DNA of 64,000 bases from Acidobacteriota bacterium. GTDB taxonomy: Bacteria; Acidobacteriota; UBA6911; RPQK01; JAJDTT01. The notes under the pieces were generated by a model, which did no database searches, was not told the origin of the DNA, and saw only the letters and a program-made list of their open reading frames with translations. The stretch is taken from assembly GCA_965263035.1 (NCBI GenBank), contig OZ253580.1, positions 2,976,001-3,040,000 of the forward strand, read 5' to 3'. The translations under genes and the position numbers were made by a program. Shown in pieces: positions 56,946-64,000 of the stretch (position 1 is the first letter of the stretch; every line of letters begins with the position of its first letter).

Positions 56946-57657
56946 AAAAAGCTCAAATTCTTGGTGAAATTTCTGGTTGAGCGGTTCCGAGAAAGGCATA
57001 AAATCGTCCTCGTCCCAAGGGGTAGACGCAAGTTGGCCCCGAGGCGGCGCCGGTCGCAAGCGGTTGATCCAGCTCCAGGGTTTCGGCCTTGAAGGTGGGG
57101 AGGCGGCCAGTGGCGGGCGGGCGAGTTCCTCAGCCGGTCTCGGTCGGTTGAGGGGCAAGCGCCGAAGAGGCGCGCCGGATCTGTCGGAGCCTTCGGGCGA
57201 GGGCAGCGAAGGCGGGCGTTCAGAGGCTGCTATCAGGGTTGCGGCTCCAGGGCGGCGGGTTGCTTCGGATTGGCGTGAACCGGTGTTACCGGTGATCCTC
57301 AATGAAGGACGGTCCCCCTGGAGAGGAGTGGAAGTCGTCAGGGGCAAGGGCAGGTTCCTTCGGGAGCTTGGCTGAACATGGCGGCAGATGCTCCACTTGG
57401 GGGCGCGGAAACTGGCCCCACTCGGGTCGGGAGAAAGTGCCTTCCGAGGCAGCGCAGCTTGCGAATATCACTTGGGACACTTTTTTTCTTCCGGGCGCTC
57501 ATTCCCAGCCACCACGGGTTCCTTCCCGCGCAGTGAGTGTTTACTTGCTGCGGGCCATTCCAATCTTTTTCCGGCGTCGCCGATAGCGTGATCGTTGGAT
57601 CTCCCGCGACGGATTCGGGGTATATTACGGTTTCTTGAAATTGGGCGAGATGACGGT

Positions 57658-59040
57658 GTGATCGTACTCAAGTTCGGTGGGACGTCAGTTCAAGACACGG
57701 ACGCGGTGACGCGGGCAGTCCAGGTCATTCGGCGCCAATTGTCCCGGGGGGAGGTCGTGGTCTTGTCCGCCATGGGCAAGAGCACCAATGGACTGCTGGA
57801 GATGGCTCGAACCGCCTTGTCCGGGGATATCGATTCCGCCTGGTCGATACGGGATCAGTTGTCGGGGTTGCACCGGACGGTGGCACGTGAGCTCCTCCCG
57901 GGCCGCCGATGGAAGAGTGTGGAATCGTCGCTGGCTGCCCTCTTCCAGGAGATGACCGATATCGTTCAGGGACTCCATCTGCTGGGGGAGACCAGTCCCC
58001 GGAGCATGGACCGTGTCGCCTCCTTCGGCGAACGTTTGAGCACGCTGATTTTCTTTGAAGTCCTCCGGGAGAACGGAATCCCCGCCGAGCTGGTGGACTC
58101 GCGAGATCTGATCCGAACCGATGACCACTTCACGAAGGCCGCCGTCTTGCAGGAGCTCACCCGGAGTTGCATCCGGGAACAGCTCCTGCCCCGGCTGCGG
58201 GCGGGAAAAGTGATCGTCGCGCCGGGATTCATCGGCTCCACAGTCGACGGGGTCACGACCACCATCGGGCGGGGAGGGTCCGATTACACGGCCTCCCTGA
58301 TCGGAGCCGCGCTGGATGCCGAGGATATCCAGATCTGGACCGATGTTCCGGGCGTTCTCACCGCAGACCCCCGCATCGCTCCGGACGCCTACAAGATTCG
58401 CGCCATCTCCTTTGCGGAAGCAGCCGAGTTGGCCTACTTCGGGGCCAAGGTGCTCCATCCCAGCACGCTGACGCCGGCCATCAACCGCGACATCCCCGTG
58501 CATGTCTGCAACTCCAGGCAGATCGACGAGCCGGGAACCTTCATTTCCGCGGCCCCCGTCTCCTCCTCCAGTCCCATCAAGTCCATTGCCTGCAAGCGGG
58601 GCATCACCATCGTCAACATCCTGTCCACCCAGATGCTGCTCTCCTATGGCTTCCTGCGCGGGATCTTCGAGGTGTTCGAGACTCACGAAACGGTGGTGGA
58701 CGTGGTGGCCACTTCCGAGGTCAACGTCTCCCTGACGGTCGATTCCTCGCAGGAGCTGGAGGCGATCTGCAGCGATCTGGCGGAGTTCGGCGAGGTCCGG
58801 GTGGCGCCCGACATGGCCATCATCTGCACCGTGGGCGAGGATGTGAAGGAAACCCCGGGGATCGCGGCGCGGATCTTCGGGGCTCTGGAGGGAATCAACG
58901 TTCAAATGATCTCCCAGGGCGCGTCCCGTATCAACATGACATTTCTGGTTGCGGAAGAGACAATGGAAGAGGCCGTCCGGCTGCTCCACAATGAGTTTTT
59001 CCGGCAGCCGGACCCGGAGTTGTTCGAGCCCGTCAAGTAA
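57658..59040 (+). CDS. lysC: Aspartate kinase
   Basis: VLKFGGTSV, SFGERLS, GRGGSDY, WTDVPG, AYFGAKVLHP, ACT domains. Confidence 0.96.
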   Translation: MIVLKFGGTSVQDTDAVTRAVQVIRRQLSRGEVVVLSAMGKSTNGLLEMARTALSGDIDSAWSIRDQLSGLHRTVARELLPGRRWKSVESSLAALFQEMTDIVQGLHLLGETSPRSMDRVASFGERLSTLIFFEVLRENGIPAELVDSRDLIRTDDHFTKAAVLQELTRSCIREQLLPRLRAGKVIVAPGFIGSTVDGVTTTIGRGGSDYTASLIGAALDAEDIQIWTDVPGVLTADPRIAPDAYKIRAISFAEAAELAYFGAKVLHPSTLTPAINRDIPVHVCNSRQIDEPGTFISAAPVSSSSPIKSIACKRGITIVNILSTQMLLSYGFLRGIFEVFETHETVVDVVATSEVNVSLTVDSSQELEAICSDLAEFGEVRVAPDMAIICTVGEDVKETPGIAARIFGALEGINVQMISQGASRINMTFLVAEETMEEAVRLLHNEFFRQPDPELFEPVK

Positions 59041-59093
59041 GGGCTGGCCGCGGCTCCGGCGTCCTTTGACTTTTGAGAAAGTCCGGGGTGGAC

Positions 59094-59792
59094 ATGAACA
59101 TCACGTTGATCGGCTACGGAAAGATGGGAAGGGCCATCGAGGCGGCCGCACAAGAGGCGGGAGACGAGATCGTCTACTGGATGGATATCGACGAGAATCC
59201 GCTGGAGGCGGGCTTCTCGGGCGATTGGATCGCCCGGACGGACGTCATCATGGATTTCTCGACGGCGCACATCGTTCCGTTGAACGTGGCCAACGCCGTA
59301 CGCTGCGGGATTCCCATCGTCGTGGGCACGACCGGATGGTACGACCAGATCGACACGGTTCGGGATTCGGTGATCCGGGGCGGCGGCGCGTGTGTCTACG
59401 CGGGCAACTTCAGCCTTGGCGTGCAGATCTTCTTTCAACTGACTCGCCGCGCGGGGGAGATTTTCTCGAGGTTCGAGGAATACCATCCGTACCTGGCGGA
59501 GACCCACCATGTCCAGAAGCTGGACGCGCCCTCGGGCACCGCAGTCACCATGGAGAACATACTGGCCGAGTGCTACGGTCGTCCCGTGAACGCCGTCAGC
59601 GTCCGGGCAGGATATTTCCCAGGGATCCACGTCGCCGGTTTCGACTCGGCGGTGGATACCATCACGCTGGAGCACCAGGCGCGCAGCCGGGACGGATTCG
59701 CCCGGGGCGCGCTCTTCGCCGGTCGATGGATCCAGGCCAAGCAGGGCTTCCATGCCTTCGAGGATGCCGTTTTCGGAGAGGAAAATGACTGA
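59094..59792 (+). CDS. dapB: 4-hydroxy-tetrahydrodipicolinate reductase
   Basis: GYGKMG, VGTTGW, NFSLGV, ETHHVQKLDAPSGTA. Confidence 0.96.
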   Translation: MNITLIGYGKMGRAIEAAAQEAGDEIVYWMDIDENPLEAGFSGDWIARTDVIMDFSTAHIVPLNVANAVRCGIPIVVGTTGWYDQIDTVRDSVIRGGGACVYAGNFSLGVQIFFQLTRRAGEIFSRFEEYHPYLAETHHVQKLDAPSGTAVTMENILAECYGRPVNAVSVRAGYFPGIHVAGFDSAVDTITLEHQARSRDGFARGALFAGRWIQAKQGFHAFEDAVFGEEND

Positions 59793-60681
59793 CATCAAAG
59801 GCTGTGGAACCGCCCTGGTCACCCCCTTCACATCTCAGCGTGATGTGGACCTGGCCGCGTACCGCAAGTTGGTGGAGTGGCAGATCGAATCGGGAATCGA
59901 CTTCCTGGTGCCCTGCGGGACCACCGGCGAGAGCGTCACCCTGACTGAGGAGGAGTATTCCCAGGTCATTCGGGCCTGTGTGGAGACGGCGTCGGGAGCG
60001 GTTCCGGTGGTGGCCGGAGCGGGGACCAACGACACGCTTTACGCTGTCCAACTGGCGCATGTCGCTCAGGAAGAAGGCGCGGACGCCATCCTTTCGGTGA
60101 CTCCCTATTACAACAAGCCGACCCCCGAGGGAACTTTCCTGCATTTTTTCGAAGTCGTCCGTTACCTGGACATCCCCCTGGTGTTCTACAACGTCCCGGG
60201 GAGGACCGGCACCAACATCTCGGTGGATACCCAGCTTCGCCTGGCCGGAGTGGACAACATCGTAGGAGTCAAGGAGGCCAGCGGGAATCTGGATCAGATC
60301 ATGGATCTGCTGAGGCGGCGGCCCGACGGGTTCCTGGTCCTTTCGGGCGATGACAGCCTGGCCTTTCCCATGGCCTGCCTGGGCGCCGAAGGTGTCATCT
60401 CCGTGGCCAGCAACGTGATCCCGGCCGAGATGTCCCGCATGATGGCCCTGGTCCGGGAGCAGGAGCTGGCCGAGGCGCGGGCCTTGCACCACCGCTATCT
60501 CAATCTCATGAACCTCAATTTTGTGGAGTCCAACCCCATCCCGGTCAAGTACGCCCTGTCCCGAATGGGCCGCCTGACCGAGTCCTATCGATTGCCCCTC
60601 TGCCCCATGGTTGCGGGAAACAAGGAGAAGATAGACCGGGAGCTGGACCGCCTCGAGTTGTGCCATGTCGGAAGCCATTGA
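59785..60681 (+). CDS. dapA: 4-hydroxy-tetrahydrodipicolinate synthase
   Basis: [38 protein letters not shown]. Confidence 0.97.
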   Translation: MTDIKGCGTALVTPFTSQRDVDLAAYRKLVEWQIESGIDFLVPCGTTGESVTLTEEEYSQVIRACVETASGAVPVVAGAGTNDTLYAVQLAHVAQEEGADAILSVTPYYNKPTPEGTFLHFFEVVRYLDIPLVFYNVPGRTGTNISVDTQLRLAGVDNIVGVKEASGNLDQIMDLLRRRPDGFLVLSGDDSLAFPMACLGAEGVISVASNVIPAEMSRMMALVREQELAEARALHHRYLNLMNLNFVESNPIPVKYALSRMGRLTESYRLPLCPMVAGNKEKIDRELDRLELCHVGSH

Positions 60682-61483
60682 GCGCCTTTTCGAAGCCGAG
60701 GAATTCACTCCGCAGGATCGAGTCACCCTGGACGCCTTCCTGGACGACCTGGATTCGGGACGGGTTCGGGCGGCCGAGAAGGTGGACGGGGAGTGGAGAG
60801 TCAACGGCTGGGTCAAGAAGGGCATACTCGCCGGCTTCCGGATGGGAGTTCTCACCGACGTCTCCATCAATGACGGGTTCCGATACTTCGACAAGGACAC
60901 GTTTCCCCTGAAGCGGTTCTCGCTTTCCTCCGGTGTGCGCATCGTGCCGGGGGGCTCGTCGATCCGCCGCGGTTGCCATGTGGCCGCAGGGGTGACCTGC
61001 ATGCCCCCCATGTACATCAACGCCGGCGCCTACGTGGACGAGGGGACCATGGTCGATTCCCATGCCCTGGTCGGATCCTGTGCCCAGATCGGGAAGCGGG
61101 TGCACCTCAGCGCCGGATGCCAGATCGGCGGCGTGCTGGAGCCGGTGGGGGCCCTTCCTGTGATCGTGGAGGACGATGCCCTGGTGGGTGGCAACACAGG
61201 AGTCTACGAGGGCACCATCGTCGGGCGGGAAGCGGTCTTGGCCGCAGGTGTCATTCTGACGGGCTCGACCCCGGTCTACGATCTGGTCCATGAGACCGTC
61301 TACCGGTCCGCGCCCGGTTCTCCTTTGAAGATTCCTCCCGGCGCAGTCGTCGTGCCCGGATCCCGGCCCGTGCGCAAAGGCTTCGGGAGGCAACATGGCC
61401 TGTCCCTTTACGCTCCGGTAATCGTCAAGTACCGGGATCCCAAAACCGAGGGGTCGGTCCAACTCGAAGACCTGCTCCGCTAG
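60665..61483 (+). CDS. dapD: Tetrahydrodipicolinate N-succinyltransferase
   Basis: [41 protein letters not shown]. Confidence 0.95.
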   Translation: MSEAIERLFEAEEFTPQDRVTLDAFLDDLDSGRVRAAEKVDGEWRVNGWVKKGILAGFRMGVLTDVSINDGFRYFDKDTFPLKRFSLSSGVRIVPGGSSIRRGCHVAAGVTCMPPMYINAGAYVDEGTMVDSHALVGSCAQIGKRVHLSAGCQIGGVLEPVGALPVIVEDDALVGGNTGVYEGTIVGREAVLAAGVILTGSTPVYDLVHETVYRSAPGSPLKIPPGAVVVPGSRPVRKGFGRQHGLSLYAPVIVKYRDPKTEGSVQLEDLLR

Positions 61484-61642
61484 GAGTCTGCGCCGTAGAA
61501 ATGATCGTAGCGAGAAAGTGGGGAATCGAGGCCAGATTTTCTCGATTTGGAGGTGCATAGTTGTTCTATTCGCCGAGAAATCGAGGAAATATGGACCGAT
61601 TCTACCGCTTTCGCAGTAGATCAATTTCTGCGGCGCAGGCTC
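61484..61642 (-). mobile_element. MITE family A copy (159 bp, inverted), inserted at the dapD stop codon
   Basis: Reverse complement of family A; flanks CTAG (contains dapD TAG) / CTAA. Confidence 0.92.
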
Positions 61643-61705
61643 CTAACGGCCCGTGGTGATGGTCGCCGCGGATCGGCACGTTCGTCCCTTTCCCGCCGGT
61701 TCCCC

Positions 61706-62854
61706 ATGAGTCCCAGATTCGCCCGACGCCTGGACGGTATCGAGATCTCGATGATCCGCCAGATCATGTCCCGGGCCGCGGGCTGCGTGAATCTGGGACT
61801 GGGTGAGCCGGAGTTCGCCGATCCCCCATTGGTCCGGGAACAGGCTCGCCGGATCTTGGAGGGCGGACGGATCGGATACTCCCCCAACGCCGGGGTCCCC
61901 GAGCTCTGCCGCCGAATCCACGAATACCACGGCGGCCGCGACGATCATTCGGTCTGTGTGACCAACGGAAGCCAGGAGGCACTGTTCGACGTCGTGTTCG
62001 CCCTGGTGGGACCGGGGGACGAAGTTCTGGTTCCCAATCCCGGGTACGTCACCTACCCGACGGCGGTCCGCTTGGCCGGGGCAACGCCGGTCCCTTATCC
62101 CTTGAGGGCAGGCAACGGCTTCCAGTTGGATCTGGATGAGCTCGCGGCCCTGGTCTCACCTCGAACTCGGGCGTTGATCCTCAATTCGCCTTCCAATCCG
62201 ACGGGCCGGAGCCTCAGTCTGAAACAACTGCAGGGTGCGGCGCGTCTGGCCGACGAGAGAGACCTGGTGCTCGTCAGCGACGAGATCTACCGGGAGACCT
62301 ATTTCGGGTCGCCACCGCCGTCGGCCATGGACGCGGCAAACGACGCCGTCGTCATCTGCGGGCTCTCCAAGGCGGCCGCCATGACCGGGTGGCGACTGGG
62401 GTGGGCCTGCGGGTCCCAGGCCATCATCGACAAGGTGACGGTGCTTCACCAGAACACCTCCATCTGTGCATCCACGTTGACTCAAAGGGCGGCTCTGACG
62501 CTGTTTACGTCGGAAGGCAGGAACGAGATCGACCGGATGCGGCGGCGAATGGTGCGGAATTTCCGATTTACCTGCCGTTGGCTCGACCAGCGGATGGGAC
62601 AGCCATTCGTTCGGCCCGACGGAGCCTTCTACGTCATGGTCTCCATCGAGGAAACGGGTCTCGACAGCCTCTCGGCGAGTCTGGCGCTGCTCCAGGACAA
62701 GGTGGCCACGATTCCCGGTGCCGCCTTCGGCTCCGAGGGAGAAGGCTACCTGAGGCTTTCGTTTGCCTGTCGGCCCGAATCGCTGGAACGTGGGCTCCGG
62801 CGGTTCGAGGCGGGCATCAACAGGCTCATTCAGAATCGGAAACAGTGCAGGTGA
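61706..62854 (+). CDS. PLP-dependent class I/II aminotransferase (possible DapC role)
   Basis: NLGLGEP, NSPSNPTG, SDEIY, LSKAAAMTGWRLG; position in dap operon. Confidence 0.9.
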   Translation: MSPRFARRLDGIEISMIRQIMSRAAGCVNLGLGEPEFADPPLVREQARRILEGGRIGYSPNAGVPELCRRIHEYHGGRDDHSVCVTNGSQEALFDVVFALVGPGDEVLVPNPGYVTYPTAVRLAGATPVPYPLRAGNGFQLDLDELAALVSPRTRALILNSPSNPTGRSLSLKQLQGAARLADERDLVLVSDEIYRETYFGSPPPSAMDAANDAVVICGLSKAAAMTGWRLGWACGSQAIIDKVTVLHQNTSICASTLTQRAALTLFTSEGRNEIDRMRRRMVRNFRFTCRWLDQRMGQPFVRPDGAFYVMVSIEETGLDSLSASLALLQDKVATIPGAAFGSEGEGYLRLSFACRPESLERGLRRFEAGINRLIQNRKQCR

Positions 62855-62858
62855 TCCC

Positions 62859-63662
62859 ATGGCCTCCCCACCCATCATCACCTTCAGCAGCGATTTCGGG
62901 AGCAGCGGCCCCTACGTCGGCGCGGTCAAGGGAGCCATCCTGCAGATCTGTCCTCAGGCCCGGATCGTAGATATCAGCCACGAGATCTCCTCCCACAACA
63001 TTCTCGAGGCCGCATTCAATCTGGCCTGCAGCTATTCCTACTTCCCGGCCGGGACCATTCACTTGGCCGTGGTCGATCCGGGGGTGGGCTCGGAGCGGCG
63101 AGGCATCGTCGTCTCCACGGAACGGTATCGCTTCGTGGGCCCGGACAACGGTCTATTCACGCTGATCTATCGGCGGGAGAAGGTGAAACAGGTCATCTCC
63201 ATCGAGTCGGCGAGGCATTGCCGAGAAACGGTGTCGGCCACCTTTCACGGGCGGGACGTCTTCGGCCCCGCCGCGGCCTGGCTGGCCTGCGGTTTGGAAC
63301 CGGATCAACTGGGGCCGGAGGTGACGGATTGGCACCGACTGCCGCTGACCCTTCTGCAACGGGAGGAGTCGGGCCGAATCCGCGGAGTGGTGCTGCAGGT
63401 CGACCGGTTCGGCAACGTCATCACCAGCGTCCACGACCGCGAACTCCGAGATCTCCTGGGTTATCAGCCACAATTGGTGGAGTTTTCGGCCGGGGGCCGA
63501 AGAATCGGCCGGCGTTGCCGCACCTACGCCGAGGCGCCGCCGGGAGAACTCGTCTATCTGAAGGGGAGCAGCGGGTACTACGAGATCGCCGTCTCCGAGC
63601 GGTCGGCAGCCGAGATTCTAGGCCTGACGGTGGGAGACCCGGTCCAGGTCACGGTTCGTTAG
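62859..63662 (+). CDS. SAM hydroxide adenosyltransferase / chlorinase-fluorinase family (DUF62)
   Basis: SDFG...YVGAVKG, VVDPGVG, GPDNG, TFHGRDVF, DRFGN. Confidence 0.93.
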   Translation: MASPPIITFSSDFGSSGPYVGAVKGAILQICPQARIVDISHEISSHNILEAAFNLACSYSYFPAGTIHLAVVDPGVGSERRGIVVSTERYRFVGPDNGLFTLIYRREKVKQVISIESARHCRETVSATFHGRDVFGPAAAWLACGLEPDQLGPEVTDWHRLPLTLLQREESGRIRGVVLQVDRFGNVITSVHDRELRDLLGYQPQLVEFSAGGRRIGRRCRTYAEAPPGELVYLKGSSGYYEIAVSERSAAEILGLTVGDPVQVTVR

Positions 63663-64000
63663 CCCGCAGAGCTTTGCGAAGGACGTCCACGGCCAGGTCC
63701 GCAGCATGCAGCTTGTGGGAAGGCAGCCCTCCCAGGTAGTCCAGGATCGATTCGGCCGTGATTTTCCGGCACTCCCGGCTCCGGCGATTCCGGCACATTT
63801 GGGTTACAGCGGCGGAGGCGGCGATGGCGGCCGGGCAGCCATAGGTCTCGAAGCGGCTGTCCACCACGATGTCCTGCTGCAGCTTCAGATAGAGATGGGT
63901 GATGTCGCCGCAGATCGGGTTCTCGGCTCGGGCCGTATGGGTGGCGCCGGCAAGGCTTCCCCGGTTGGGAAGCTCACGAATGAGTTCTTTGGCCTTCTCG
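63649..64000 (-). CDS. IscU/NifU-N-like scaffold protein (5' end outside window)
   Basis: Manual translation ...AENPICGD...FETYGCPAAIAA...GGLPSHKLHAA. Confidence 0.88.
   Translation of the reverse strand, partial: EKAKELIRELPNRGSLAGATHTARAENPICGDITHLYLKLQQDIVVDSRFETYGCPAAIAASAAVTQMCRNRRSRECRKITAESILDYLGGLPSHKLHAADLAVDVLRKALRANEP

Noticed and set aside
57160-57320. Lysine riboswitch upstream of lysC (AGAGGCGC start)
   Set aside because: Other conserved elements not found in order, and it lies far from the start codon; needs an Infernal scan
61547-61705. N-terminal extension of the aminotransferase (also 33142-33330 for the barrel gene)
   Set aside because: Derived from the MITE A open frame, not from the protein family

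Overview
GC-rich bacterial chromosomal window. Gene content (ADOP-type ABC efflux genes, CRTAC1/ASPIC-TPR protein, bactofilin-methyltransferase pair, DUF420/HEAT cluster) points to Acidobacteriota; this is inference, not a database result. Bases 1-8000 are a decayed accessory region: a sigma54-driven ABC efflux operon, an inverted degenerate copy of its promoter, gene fragments (ADOP permease tail, start-less Trypco2-like lipoprotein, frameshifted ankyrin gene), an IS-end relic, an IS3-family element with 3-bp target duplication, and a beta-propeller glycosidase-like gene. The rest is mostly housekeeping: efp, addAB-like genes, ETF-QO, cstA, rnc, thiL, xseAB-ispA-tlyA, accD-folC, an acyl-CoA carboxylase, transaldolase, ligA and a lysC-dapB-dapA-dapD operon. 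Three MITE families, REP-like hairpins and purine-rich heptamer tracts occupy the intergenic spaces. Most notable: (i) a bacterial Janus/Ocnus (PHPT1-like) protein with no histidine and a repeat-built NLS-like basic tail, apparently co-transcribed with a small membrane protein and an atypical ferredoxin; (ii) a DnaA-box cluster beside an AT-rich tract in a 1.1-kb intergenic region with no dnaA in the window (candidate oriC); (iii) apparent capture of a sigma54 promoter by an ankyrin gene; (iv) two orphan HxxxCxxC zinc-finger mini-proteins. I recognised no rRNA, tRNA or CRISPR array. All homology calls come from motifs read by eye.
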